Positions 38,801-52,027 of a stretch of DNA of 64,000 nt are shown one piece after another. The notes beneath the pieces were generated by a model. It did not search any database, was not told where the DNA came from, and saw nothing but the letters and a program-made list of their open reading frames with translations. The stretch lies in the NCBI GenBank assembly GCA_051294905.1, contig CM119372.1:28088001-28152000 (forward strand), given 5' to 3'. How positions within the stretch are numbered: position 1 is the first letter of the stretch; each line of letters begins with the position of its first letter. The DNA is from Botryllus schlosseri. Lineage: Eukaryota. A program made the position numbers and the translations under genes.

Positions 38801-41800
38801 GCCATTACCGTGCCAAGACGCACCAACAAATAGTGAAGTTTAGGCTTACATGGGTCTCCTAGTGTTCGGCATCGAGAAAACCGTGGCCATAACTTCGATA
38901 TATATGTCTAATCGTCCATCGGTGCCTAAATGGCTGGCGCCGAATCTCGCTGTCCTGTACCCCACAGAACAAATACCATATCAAAGAGAAAAATTATTTG
39001 TCAGTGAAGAAATAGCAATTTGGAATCGTGTAAGTCTTTTAATTTGGAGCGCTTGGGCGCTTTCAATGTCTAATCACTATATAACAGACAGTAGGTCACG
39101 AAATATTAATATGCAACCAAGTAATTATACCAACATACCCGCCCGAATATGTTTAATTACTAATGATTACATGCCTAAATTTTCCCAGACGACACGTCAC
39201 TCAGCTCTAACAAAAAATCCGAGAATTCTTAAAGGATTTAAAATTTATAGCAATATATGCAATTACTAATATCATTGACCGTGACCGATTCTTTCACGAA
39301 TGATAGGAAATTATCGCGCTCGTTGCAATTAGGTGACATAAACTCTCTGCCTACACTGAGTAGGATGAATGTGCTCACACGTACTGGTAGAAACATCCAT
39401 TCAACTGTCGTGCCTTGAGGGACGACCCCCACAGAAATTGGGTTTATAACCCTATGGGTGACCCAGGGTCAACTTTTTTTCTCTTTTTTTAGGGGGACTG
39501 ACGAAGTGCTCTTTTGGCTCTGATTTCATGAATGGCTGGGTGTGGCTGTTGCCAGGTGTTTGGTGCAGTGCATTGTATTCGTAGTACCCAAAGTAACCCA
39601 CGTCTGGTAGTACTGGGCAATGAGCAAGTTAGCACGACAAGTTGCTTGGCTTGACTGCGTCACACTTCTTATCTCGCTATTGTCGAAGAAAGGAATATTA
39701 TTCGAGTTAGTGTGGTCGGTTAAATCCACGGCCTTCGGCGGGAAAGACTGAATACAACTCTCGGCGGTAGCACGTCTATCTGGGCAAGGTAATTTTACCT
39801 CGACTCAGCAGAATCACTGCCATAAAATCATATGGATACCATCATGAACGTAATTAGGTACAATCAAAACCATCAAAACTTCGCTCTCTAGTACCATATG
39901 CTTGCAAAAACGGTTGTACACGTTACATTTTTGGTTGATTTCAATTTTTGAAAGTCCTCCAGTCCGCAAATATTTTTTGAACTTTTACCGCTCCGCGAGG
40001 TGGAAAAGGTTGAGAACCACTGGGCTAAACAGTCCTGTCTCACGGTATTGGAATCTGTTTTCGACATTTGCACCACTTTGTAGTGACATTAAGTGACAAA
40101 GATACACCCACTATTTAGGCCGCCGCCGATTAAGCGATCAAACTATGCGTACCTCAACGGAGTCTACTTTTGTCACCTACTTCATACCTTCAATTTTGGT
40201 TCCAGTTAAAGTACTTGTGACCAGAGGTGGCCAGTAACGAAGTACTTCTACTTTTTGGAAGTACTCAAGTAGTTTTCCGCTACTTCTGGTACTTACTCAA
40301 GTAGATCTGTTTTTCTCTACTTCTACTTCTACTTCGTAATATTTTGTGATCTACTTACCTACTTTTCGCTATTTTCAGTTTGTCACGTAGAAGTAGTTTA
40401 ATACCCCAATACGAAAGATAGTCTGAGGAACTTCAGGGCTGTTTTCACGGAGTACCAACATATAATATTCATAAAAGTAAAGTAAAGCCCATAAATTTTG
40501 TTGCGCTTCGCGCACAGTAGTTATGGAGTGACAAATACGTTTTCCCGAAAGTATCAATGAATATAATTTAGGAACCAGATTGCTTGGTTCCGTTCACACC
40601 GCATTGTCGCCCATATCTAATATTTCATCACAGTAAATATGGCCCACCATAACGTTTGAAACTGCCGATTCGCAATCTGGCAATTACCTATCATAACGTA
40701 ATCTAGCAACCCATGACGTGTCCTGCTAATCTGGAAAACCCGGCCTTTTTCAACGTTTCACCTGTTTTAGCAGATCACCTTTGAAGCTTTATGGACAAAC
40801 GACATGAAATATATTTTCCGCTTTTTAGAAATGGAATTTGTATTTCACTTTCAATTCCGAGTATCATACTTTGAGTTCTAATTCCTTTCAGTTCTTTTGT
40901 CTGCAGAACATACATGTTGAAGCATAAAAGCAAGTGTAGTAATGCTTCTATTTTCCGAAAATATAGATACACTAAATATGAATTTTACGATCCACTATTT
41001 TTGTTATTAACGTATACTATTCGCGCTAAAGTGTTGAAACCGTATCCGATCCAACTTCTTCGTATTGCTCTTCGCCTAAACTTGGGGCCTTTTAATATGG
41101 GGTAGGGCGCCATGCCATGATATTCTGTAAAACGGGTCTTCTAGTAAACAAAAGGTTAGTATCGCATTTTCATATTATTACTATAATTTGCATCCCATGA
41201 TACGAAAGAATGCTTATCCTGTCGAAAATTGATACCTCCTAGGATGCATCAATGCGAATCAAGTTCTCTGCACCTTCCGCATAGCTCAGTCTGCAGCTTT
41301 TGACAGTCCATGGACTGTAATGCATGTGAACGAATTAAGACTGTTTTCAAAAGTACTTACTTACTTGAGTAGATTTTAAGTCAGTCAATTCTTCTCCTAC
41401 TTCAAGTAGTTTTAGGTAGATTATGGAAGAATTACTTCTACTCGTACTTGAGTAGATTTTTACGTCGCTACTTCTACTTCTACTTGAGTAGCTTTCTTGA
41501 CTACTTTGACCACCTCTGCTTGTGAAACGCCTTGGACATCGCTGCTTCTACTTGTAAATTGGTGAAAATTAACGGATTTATACTTTTACTGCTACATGGG
41601 TATCAACGCTGACTCCTTCGACCCCCTTCGCCGCAAAGCGTGGCGCATGTACTATTGAAAGTTATCACAAGTGTAGCTAGTTGCAAATGACCCTAAAAAA
41701 CATCATCTCACCCCAATACGACCCGGCAACGCTACCGCAGTCATCCTGATTCAGGGATGTATCGAACAGTTGACTTCTGACCGCGTACTTCGCCAATTCC

Positions 41801-44800
41801 GGACTATCAAAAATCGATGACCTGTCGGACTCCGCTATGGATCCCGCCCTCTGGAACGACACTCTCGAACTCCGTCGTGAAGTCACGCTTCGCCGTCTGT
41901 TAGAATTATAAGTGGCCGAATGTTCTCTCTTGAATCTACGGCGGGCTTTGGCCAACGCTGGTAGCATTCGACTCGGATGCAATGTCGGCCTCGGCATTTC
42001 CGCGAGCGAAACGGAGGACATGCGCTTGTTGCTTAGGCCGTCAACGGCAACTGTTGTACCGACGAGTCCGCCTTCCCTTATGAGTCTACTGCGAAGGGTC
42101 GATTTCGTGGATCCGTGAAGAATAAGGACGCGGCCTCTGGCTCTGTTATACCACTGTATTATGCGGCAGTAGATCAAAATCGGGAATGATATGTCCGGGT
42201 CTTTTCCGCTCCTTCTCGCCCACTGCCGCGCGAGAAGGTATTCGAAGCAGTCTTTGTGAAAATGTTCCACTACGATCTGAAAGAGCGAAATTAGTGTTTA
42301 TAATGTAGATGTGTGAGCGGATGGTACATTTACAACTAAATAGTTTCTTAGGTAAGTTCGAGAAATTCTAAAACACGCGCAATTTGGAGATGATATCCCG
42401 AAGTCAAAATATTTTCTATAATGAGACATTTCAACACCTACACAATCCCAGGTACATATTACATTTCTTACTCTCAGTAAACTCGCGGCACTCAATTTAT
42501 ATCAGATATTTGCAGCTTAAAATGCAGATTGATGCACTACAGAAAAAAGTAGCTAGAGTACGTTTTCAAGGCATAAAGAGCAGGAAACTGACTGCAAACA
42601 ATGTCGCTTTGAAAGTCGATCAATTTTGAACAACCCCAGCGTCCGGTTCTGACAAGGTTTATTCACTTCGGGGATGAGAAATGAACCTTGAGTAGGGATT
42701 TCTATTTAGATTTGAAGACAATGAGGGGCGGATTTTTATTTACGAATGATTTAAGTTGCATATGGAATTTCTAAATTGATAATTTTTATGCGCTTTCTAA
42801 AAAAAATCCAGTTATTAACGGATATGGACTTGGATTTGAACATCCTACGAAATGAATTCTGGACTTGAACTGGATGAGGATCTCAAATTTGGAACATGAA
42901 TTTAATACGAAGATACTAAATCACACATCTCTGATTTACATGGACAATTTCAATGAACATTTCCACTTTGGACTAGCAATTTTACATTTGTAGCCAGCCT
43001 CATTTTGCGTTAGTCGCGAAGATGCATCCTGTAATTTCTAATGCATGGCCAGAGCTGATTAACTGATGAAAGTATGTGAACTCTGGACCAAATATACTTT
43101 TAGAAACTATTCACTTGAGTACTTTCGGATCTTTCCTTTTCTACCTACACGTGAAGTAGCTTTGTCACGTCTTGGAAATTGCTACTTCCGCTAGCAATTG
43201 AGTGGAAATTATGTCCTTACTACTACCTTTACTTGGGTAGCAACGCTGATAACCTTGACCACGTGTGGTTACGATATACCTTGGAAATTGTTACTTACTA
43301 GTTACTACTTATCGGTAATTGAGTAGAGATTGACGGCATTTATCTACTCATATACCAAGACTGAGGACTTTGACCCTCTGCAAATTATAAGATTGCGTAG
43401 CAATGTCTTACATTCCACGGCAGCCTCCCCTTTCCATCTCTGACGCCGAATGACAGAATATTCGACTTCATCATAATCCGCAGTGCCGTAACGTTGCCTT
43501 TTTCACACGCTTCGTGCACCGGACACTTTTTCGATTCCTCGTGATCGCTACCGCTGCACCATTCTCTGGTCGGGTGGGTTCCGACCGGTTGATCCGGTCT
43601 GGCTCCGTATCGCAGCATGTTCTGTGCGAGTCCAGGGTAATCGAAATGTGCCGCTATGTGCAGCGCGACTCTTCGCTGATACTTTCGTTCCTCCCGGTCT
43701 CGCGACAGATAGGAGCCTACGATCTTTTCGTGACCTGGGAGAGAAATTGATTCAAATCGGATAGCCCAGCTCGGAGTAATGCGAAACCAGCAGTTACAAT
43801 ATTGCTATGCTGTGCTATAGATATCTGGGAGATAGGCGTCAGAATATGCAATACCAAGCTCGTTACTGTCGCACCTTTCAGCTTACTTTATACTTCCACT
43901 TGAAGTAGTTCCAACTAATAAGTTGCCTGTGAAATCATTCTTTCCTCAATTTCTGGTCAATAGCGTTTGGTATTTTTTTCATTACAGTGCTTAGTGTTAG
44001 ACCTTCGACGATTCATGTATATCCAACAGACCCTAAATATGGCTAATGCTGTGGTAACCAGGGCTTTGGAGCAGCCGTAAATTTGCATAGCATCAGCTCC
44101 GGCTCCGGAGCTTTCTTCTATCATACATTAGCTCCGGCTCCAGCTCCGGAGCCGCATTATCACCACTGCTCCGGTTCCGGCTCCGGCTCCGGCTCTGAAA
44201 ACTATCGAAGGTGTCTGTCTATATCAGGGGTGGGCATTGGGCAACCCGCGGCCTGCAGGCCATATGTAGCCCGCGAGAAGGTTTTGAGTAGCCCGCGAGC
44301 TAATTTCCTATTATATTGTCGAAATTCTATTATATTATCGAGATTGAATTGCTCAGATTGCGAACTTGCAAGGCCAACCAAAAATATAATTAGTATGGTC
44401 GCGACACTAGGGATGTTGATGACTAAAATTTCAGTTCAGACACATTGACAGATCCAGGGTCTAGCAAGTCACATTTTTTAGTAAATCGTCGTACATTACA
44501 ATAAACTAAAAAAGTAGTAAAATTTTTCTTCACGCTTCGTGTGTTTAATTGTCACACGATTTCTTTCTCTGTAGCCTACCCCCACCTGAAAAAATTCCAG
44601 ATTTAGCCGATTGAGTTAAGCTATATTATATTCGCGTTTGCCCTCACAGAAAGATCGTCGACGATGAAATGGGGGCACAAAATGATTGTCGTATATTAGC
44701 GGAAATCTTCGATATCGATATGTCCAGATGCCGAATAGTCCTGTCCTTGCAAACTGAGCCCAGCGGGTGGTATACAGTCGACCCACAATATACCCAAGTA

Positions 44801-47800
44801 ATAATAATATTAACTTTGAAAATTTTACGCGCCTGGCGCGGCTAGTGGGCAACGCACTCGTTCGTCAATTTCATGTGGCCCTTTAGCCGAAAAGGTTGGC
44901 CATCCCTGGTCTATATAGATTACTAATTTACCCGTAGGTTAGTTATCTATAGTAATCTAGAGTCTGTCAGGCGTCAGTAACATCGGATGCAGTAACGAAG
45001 ACATAGGTGCCGCCGTGCCGGCTTGTGACGACATAATGAATACTTAGTCAATGGTCGATAACATCATAGTTGCACCAGAACGCACTTTACTCACACTGGC
45101 ACTGTACTCGTTAACATAAAGTAATGCAGCTCAATTCAATCTATAAATGTGCGATTATTATTCAACTGTAACTTTAGTAAGAGCAATAAGGGCGGATATA
45201 ACGACGTGATCAATAGAAATTCGATTTGTACCAAATAGCCAATGGTTTGACGTTCGATCTTGGTGCACTCGCTACCAGTCCATCCGGTGTCGATCAAGTT
45301 TATCAGAATATAATATTTTCCCATTGAAACGAATCGAATAATCGAATTAAACACTGTGCCACGCACATTGCGCCATGCCCATAACGATTTAAACTATATG
45401 CACTATGCAGTATGCACATTACACATTTACAAGTCTACGAAACAGATGATTACAAATTGGAAATCGCGATTCAAATCAGTAATTTGTCTCCAACATAAAA
45501 TACCATGGGGTTTTGGGCTACTCTTTTGCCATCCCCTATTTACACTCGAAAATCCTTACTGGAGTGAATGACAATGATGCGCAGTAATGAATTCCAATTA
45601 GCATGCATAATTGCATACTCAATAACACTGTCCTATTTCGCAGCCCGAATAAAGAACCATCACGATAAGAACGAGTATTTGCTCATCCAATTCATAGCAA
45701 CGATGAGATGGAATTTCTCGGCTCGTGCTCGTCATATCGACATGTGCAACGAAATCACGTTTTTATCCTCTCTCCCATTTCGCGTAATACATAGTGATCA
45801 TTATTTTCGAACCGTATACAAATGGCCAACAAGGTTGTGCTGATGATGAAATTGCGGGTATGCCGAATACCCACAATATACACAGACATATTTCGCATAC
45901 CGAGGTTCGGCACTAACGTATGAAAATTGAACATATGACTGCTCTGCTGCTAAATCCCCAGGAACATGGTTAGTCGGAAAAGGAAGCGCCAAAGAGGAAA
46001 AGATTCTTAATTTCGCGAGGGCCCGCTGTTTAATTATGTGAACTCAGCAGATATGGTTGTTGCATATATAATAGTATCTTATGAAATACGTCGGAGCCGG
46101 AGCCACCCCTCAAATAACTGGCTCCAGCTCCGGCTCTGGCTCCGGCTGAATTTCATGTAGAGCTCCGGCTCCGGCTCCAGCTCCGGTAAAAATGCACGGC
46201 TGCGGGGCTCCGGCTCCGGGCTCCGGCTCCAAAGCCCTGGTGGTAACTACTTACGAAGCGACATTGGTGCGATTGTAGACTATTTTAAATCACTGACTGC
46301 TTAGCTAGAGTTTGTAGGGTAACCCAAAATATCATTCTCAATCCTAGGTATTATTATTTAGTATCTTCTGTTCAAAACATTGTTTCGCCATAGTCGGGAG
46401 TCAAGGACAAGATTGTTAGATACTAAAACCAATGTGTACCAATCTCCCAGCACAGTATATATAGTGTGTAGTAGGTTAGGCGATTTTTATCAGCTGATGA
46501 GTAGTTCCATTCGCTCTTTATGGGAATCTAGATGAAAATACTTATTAGACTAAAAGTATTTGTATAGAAAGACCAATATAATTTGTTCTCAATAATTTGA
46601 AGGTATAAACAGGGCTGTTTTCATTCATTGAATTCTATATTAATATTCTCGCTCCGTTCTCACTACATACATATCATCCCAACCTTTTAAAGACGCATTT
46701 ATGAATTCTTTCCATCCATCCCATATTTCAAGCTTCACGAGGGATCCGAGCTCCAAGCCGTAGTCTCCCATTGTTTTACAATCGTACAATTCCTTGAACT
46801 TGTCCACAGTGATGTCGTTGTATATTTTCGGTAACTTTTGAAGGGGTGGGCTGATTTGGCACAACCGGAATACCGAAACCGGCAGACCAGTTTTCGTTGA
46901 TACGAGAGAACGAATGTGACCGATGGAAGCCTGTGGTTGTTGTTGTTGGTGGTGGTTATTAAACGGAAAATTTGGAGGTAATCACCGATATGATGGCATG
47001 CATATCTAGGATCCGAAAATCTACCCAACGAGGAAGCTAACCTATGGGTATATTGTAATCGAGCTCACATTCGGTTGAACTTGGTGGGTAAGTCAACATC
47101 AAATCCAAAATTGTTATCTGCGATCTGCATTTTGGGAACTGCTAAAAGTAGGGTTCCATTTAAAACAAACGGTGTTTTGAAACACTTTGTTTAATACATG
47201 TTATAAACAGTGTTTTAAAAAAAGGCCTCTTCAAAAAAAAATTGTGCTTTTTTAAGTTGTAAAATTATGCAATCATTGAGCAAAAACTTTACAAAAAACA
47301 TGTTGCATGAGCCTACGGACAATAACCACCCAATGTGGCCGACGTATATCGATATGGGACGGTTGGAACACTCAAAATAGTCGGTTCAACAGCAATAGTA
47401 CATATATTTCGTCAAAGGAGCTTTATTTACCCTATTTTTTCAATTGTCAATGTCAACCCACTAGGACGTCACAATTGAATATTCGTGACGTCATGACTTT
47501 ACCAAAAACATAAAAAACAATAAAAAAAACATGTTTTAAATTAGGGCCATGTTTTAAACATGCTTGTTTTAAATTGATTTTTGTTTTAAATGCAACCCTA
47601 GCTAAAAGACTAATAATTTTTAAAATAGAATGAGCACGTAACTAAAGTATAGCGTCGTGCCGGTCAGCAAATATAACGATGAACAAAGTGCATGAAACAA
47701 AATTGCAGTTTAATTTGCGAATTCACTTGCGCAAAGAAAATCAATGCGGTTTAATCAGCATGAACAGAGATTTATTACATGGTTATGACTAGGGCGATTT

Positions 47801-50800
47801 TTTTTGACCTAAAAAACGCAAGATTTTGACCTGAAAAAACTGCATTTTGATCAAATTTTGACCTAACGTATGCAAATTAGATGTTTTCGCACATAATGTT
47901 AAAATTGTACTGCTTATCTTCATTTCTGGTTGGAACTGTCTGTGCTTACGCAGTAGTTTGGCCTGAAAACACGTTTTTGGCTTAAAAACTGACAAATTTT
48001 TACATGAAAAAAACTACTATTTTACTGAAATCTGGCCCCATGAAGAATTCCAGTAGTTACATCACGTATTATGGTAGAAATCATTAAGATTTGTTGTGGT
48101 ACAGCGAAAGATACTTTCCTACATTCTCGAGTAGAAAGTGCCTGTCCGTACTAAGTAGCTTGCCAAGAATGGAGAAAGATCGTTCGACAGCAGCAGTTGT
48201 AGGCCGACAACACTGAAGTTGTGCGTACACTGCTGGTGACACACGGTGTTGCTTCATTCCGAATATACGATTTACATCACAATTTTCCATCATGCGCTTC
48301 TTGATATAAGAACCATGCAATGACCAAGCAATCTTGCTTCAGTTAGCATATTGTTGCACGTTGACCATAACACCATGTCAACCTATTTGTTTCATCTGAC
48401 CCATTATGATTCATAAGGAGCAGACAATGGACCGTCTACAACGGTAGGCCTATAAAGTAAGCTCCTAAGCTGTAAAATATCAAATGATAAGTTCACCTAC
48501 AGTGCAAAATATACGATACAAACGAAATGCAGAGGTCAAATATTTTTTTGACTGTTCAAACAATTTTGACAAATTTTGCTAACGCTAACGCTAACGCTAA
48601 CGCTACAATTTTGACAAAATTTTGACAAATTTTGACATGTCAAAAAAAATCGCTCTAGTTATGACACATTGTTAGCGATCGCGCACCGGCATAATGCAGT
48701 CAAGATGCGGTAGGTGTCTTTAGATAAGAGCGGTCATTCAAGAAGAAAATAGAAAAAGGAGCTGCAGTTATGAGGATATTGAGATCGTGTCACGGTTAAA
48801 TTATAGCACCGAAAGATTGGGGACGTAATAATTAAAATGTATGCGAAGCGAGGTCGCAGTGCATTTTCTCGTGCCAATCACTGGCATCCGTAAGTTCATA
48901 TTATAAAATGAGTTTTATTATCACACTATAGCCTTAATTTAGCGGCAGCACTTATATTGCTGCTACGATTTGGAAAGAGTAATCACGTCTTTTGCAAGAT
49001 ATCACCAGAGGTGGTCAAAGTAGTCAAGAAAGCTACTCAAGTAGAAGTAGAAGTACTTCTTTCATAAGCAACCTAAAACTGCTTGAAGTAGAAGTAGAAT
49101 TTGCTGGCTTTAAATCTACTCAAGCAAGTAAGCAGTTGTGAAAACGGTCATAATACGTTCGCATGGACTTTCAAAAGCTGCAAATTGAGCTATGCGGAAG
49201 ATGCAGAGAGCTTCTTGTACAATGCATATTGATGCATCCCAGAAGGTATAAATTTCCGACAGCATGAGCATTCGATTGAATCATGAGATGAAAATGATAG
49301 TTTTGCTATGGAAATGAGACACTAATATTTTGTTTACTCAAACATCCCGTTTTAGAAAAAGTCATGGCATGTTCCCTCACGCATATTACGGTCTTTTTGG
49401 TTGGTCAAAGAGCAATACGGAGAAGTTGTACGGATGCGATGTTAACACTTTCCACGATTCGTATACGATGATAAAAAATATGGCGTAACGTAAAAATGCC
49501 ATATAGTGCAATTGTATTTTATGAAAAGAGACGGCAATGCTACACTTGCTTTTTAACTTAAACACATATGTTATCCAGACAAAAGAACTGAACGCTCAAA
49601 AAGTCAGAGCCCACTTTCCAGATTAGGACACGCCATGGGCTGCTAGATTACGATATGATGGGTAAATGCTAAATTGCGAAACGGTAGTTTCAAACGTTAT
49701 GATGGGCCATATGTACTGTGACGAAATATGTCATATGGGCGACTATGTTGTGCAATGCAACCTGCAACCCAAATAATATTCACTTTCGTGAAAACATATT
49801 TGTAACTCTAGATCTACTTGATGTGGAGCAAGACGGAAATTCTGGGACTTAAATTTTCTTAAAATTGAAAGTTGGAACTCCGTGAAAACAGCCCGAGAAT
49901 TCCCCAGTTTATCTTTCTAAATGGAGGGTTACACTACTTCTACTTGACAAACTGAAAAATAGCGAAAGTAAGGAAGCAGATAACTAAATATTATGAAGTA
50001 GAAGTAGCGATGATTCTAACTACTTGAGTAAGTACCAGAAGTAGAGGAAAACTACTTGAGTACTTCGAAAAAGTAGAAGTACTTCGTTACTGACCACCTC
50101 TGGATATCACTGACCATATTATCCAGTTGTTTTATGTAATTCAATATGCCGTCGATCTCTGATACTTACCGTTGATGGATGGATTTCCTCCATGATCTCA
50201 AGGATGTCGCCAGAGTATCCTAAGAATACTTTCAGTGATGGCTTCTTAATTACTTTGATCTCGCATGCCAGTGTTGCCCCAGAGTTTATGCTGATGTCTT
50301 GCAGTATCCATTCACCGTGGAGCGATGCACCTGTAAATTGTTCATTGGAAGGTAAGCAAGATTCCAGACGTACCATAGCGGTATCACGAACAGAGAAACT
50401 GAGCATCGTGGACATCATCCTTTGAATCTTGCCGGGATAGTTTGTGATAACAGCGGTAGTCCACCAAAGGATTTCGGTAACATTATGTAATACTTTGTTT
50501 TGTCCACTGCCGAACATATTTTCCTATATTTCGTCATGATGTTAGCGACTCAATGCTCCAGAAATTATCATTGTAACCCCTACTCTTCAGCACTGCGAGC
50601 ATCGATCACGGAGACATAATGTTAATTGTCGACGCATTAGGGAATCTCCGAGCTCTGCTATTATATTTGGAATAGTATACTTGTTATCGTAAGTTTCGAA
50701 TTCGTGTCTAGTTAATTTGAATCTCGTAACACCACACGTTTGTGTCCAAAACATATTGGGGACTATGAGATCACCATCTCCATCTACGCTTACAATTTTT

Positions 50801-50971
50801 ATATCACTCACCGCCGTATACGAGGTTCAAAAATTTCTCTTCCCTCTTGTTATCATGGGTATCAAAGAAAGTCTTCTTACTGATGATATCCTTAACAGTT
50901 TGTACCGTCGCCTCCGGCGGGACGTCTACGGCCCAGCGGTATGTGTTACCGAATGTCACGAACACTCGCAT
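35485..50971 (-). CDS. ANKUB1: ANKUB1-like protein (two ubiquitin-like domains + ankyrin repeats), 6 coding exons: 50812-50971, 50170-50330, 46684-46930, 43412-43734, 41712-42276, 35485-35885 (1857 nt, ~618 aa)
   Basis: Spliced translation MRVFVTFG..FLNLVYG|GASLHGEWILQDISI..|..GLPVSVFRL..ELYDCKTMGDYGLELGSLVKLEIWDGWKEFI..|..KYQRRVALHIAAHF..GARPDQPVGTHPTREWC..KCPVHEAC..|..HFHKDCFEYLL..|..RDNAIKCL..PWLKR is collinear with human ANKUB1 as recalled. All introns are GT-AG with matching phases (1,0,1,0,1). Confidence 0.92.
36050..37515 (+). mobile_element. Diverged copy of (GCTCCG)n hAT family (left end not resolved)
   Basis: Right TIR ..ccaaagccctg and gctccg repeats; internal similarity to the other copies; another insert at about 36733-37036. 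Confidence 0.7.
38213..40022. mobile_element. hAT (Charlie/Buster-like) composite element
   Basis: cagtggttctcaacc TIRs; TSD ggttaaac/ggctaaac. Confidence 0.85.
40222..41518 (-). mobile_element. CAGAGGTGGTCA family hAT element
   Basis: TIRs; TSD cttgtgac/cttgtgaa; reverse complement of the 3577 copy. Confidence 0.9.
41712..42276 (-). CDS. ANKUB1: ANKUB1-like exon 5
   Basis: ctttcag acceptor; IVVEHFHKDCFEYLLARQW.. then an R/S-rich linker; gtgag donor; longest ORF in the window. Confidence 0.88.
43412..43734 (-). CDS. ANKUB1: ANKUB1-like exon 4 (ankyrin repeats)
   Basis: ctctcccag acceptor; KYQRRVALHIAAHFDYPGLAQNMLRYGARPD..CPVHEACEKGN..DGKGRLPWN; gtaag donor. Confidence 0.92.
44059..46239 (+). 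mobile_element. hAT non-autonomous element, (GCTCCG)n family, with nested hAT MITE 44225-44908
   Basis: Perfect TIRs, TSD gtggtaac; nested element has its own perfect TSD gtctatat. Confidence 0.93.
46684..46930 (-). CDS. ANKUB1: ANKUB1-like exon 3 (second Ubl domain)
   Basis: ASIGHIRSLVSTKTGLPVSVFRL..LYDCKTMGDYG..WDGWKEFINASLK; ccacag acceptor, phase-1 gttggg donor. Confidence 0.9.
47149..47600. mobile_element. TAGGGTTGCA-TIR hAT MITE
   Basis: TIRs tagggttccatttaaaacaa / ttgttttaaatgcaacccta; perfect TSD gctaaaag. Confidence 0.88.
47790..48657 (-). mobile_element. hAT deletion derivative with transposase C-terminal remnant (48084-48320)
   Basis: TIRs tagggcgatttttt / aaaaaatcgctcta; perfect TSD gttatgac; PTTAAVERSFS hATC-like motif; relatives at ~20670-21460 and ~58980-59184. 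Confidence 0.88.
49006..50102 (+). mobile_element. CAGAGGTGGTCA family hAT element
   Basis: TIRs; perfect TSD gatatcac. Confidence 0.9.
50170..50330 (-). CDS. ANKUB1: ANKUB1-like exon 2
   Basis: tttacag acceptor, GASLHGEWILQDISINSGATLACEIKVIKKPSLKVF..HPST, gtaagt donor. Confidence 0.9.
50812..50971 (-). CDS. ANKUB1: ANKUB1-like exon 1 (start ATG; first Ubl domain)
   Basis: MRVFVTFGNTYRWAVDVPPEATVQTVKDIISKKTFFDTHDNKREEKFLNLVYG+G, donor gtgagt; not in the ORF track. Confidence 0.88.
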
Positions 50972-51527
50972 TATCACAGCATGTAAGATTTCATTTCAGG
51001 TCAAATTAGATCACTAGCAATTTATTGTGAATCGCTAAGATACTAAAACAGAAATGTATTGATATCAGAGGTGAGCCATAAGCAAAGATTGGATATAAAT
51101 ATGGATTTGATATGAGCGTATTCGGACTTGTGTTGCAATGGATTCAGATTCTCACATGAGATTTCCTATAGCGTCAATGCGCCACATACATTTTAATGAA
51201 CTAGAGTTATCACAAGCACATATCACTCGTGCTAGTCACTGAAACAAGTATAGCCCGATTTCATTTGTATACTATCAAAGCAATAACATGATTTGGGCAT
51301 GCAAATCCGGCAACGAGAATATATCGTGAGTAACGAACCAAATTGAAGTCAATATTTCCGAAATCATGGGGACGCAAGGCCATGCACATTTTGGCCGGTC
51401 GCAAAGTCGGCATTGGTTACCTTGTAGAGTCAATGTCAATGAACAGTCCCTTGTATACGTTTTCTGGGTCCTGGTCTCACAAATTTCTGCGGCCTAGTTG
51501 TATGGTTAGCCCAAGTTACGCGTGTGT

Positions 51528-52027
51528 TCCACTGATTGGCTATTAGTCCACATATAAAATTTGAATGATTCGCTGTCTGCAAATTCCTTCAGATATAGTC
51601 TCCTGTCCGGAAGAACGTTTTGTAACAACTCATGTCACAAAACATAATTTCCCACGTATAATCGTTTTTGTTGACTCGAAGTCAGATAAACTCTAGCCTC
51701 CAAAAATAAAAGCCATTTCTCGGTAATTTGCTCGCAGCAGGGGATTCCAGAACTACGCATTGAATACAGATAAATTTGCTTTGGTTGATTTGAGGCGTTT
51801 CGTCAAAAAGGACTCGTGACATAAACAAAGCTTTCCAACGCTTAGTGTGACGTCGCATCGGATTTGTTTTGATTTCTAATCGATCGGCGATTCTTCCGCA
51901 CATATTAATGATTGGAACTATAGCCTGTACAATATATAACCATTCCCATTAAGGTAAGCTATACAAATGCTTACGAATTTCATTACCTTCGTGTCCAATT
52001 ATGCACATGGTCACAACGCCGGAAGTA
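51528..52027 (-). promoter_or_regulatory. Possible promoter region upstream of ANKUB1-like gene
   Basis: AGCCAATCAG (NF-Y-like, minus strand ~51532-51541) and CCGGAAGT (ETS-like ~52019-52026) 0.5-1 kb upstream of the ATG; motif evidence only. Confidence 0.25.

Noticed and set aside
39602..39779. Candidate extra ANKUB1 exon (DRRATAESCIQSFPPKAVD..)
   Set aside because: Lies inside the TSD-flanked hAT element 38213-40022, and its end phase (2) does not fit the last exon; exon 5 joins exon 6 in phase without it
50587..50811. 74-aa ORF as ANKUB1 N-terminus
   Set aside because: Begins at the intron donor GTG; the real first exon is 50812-50971
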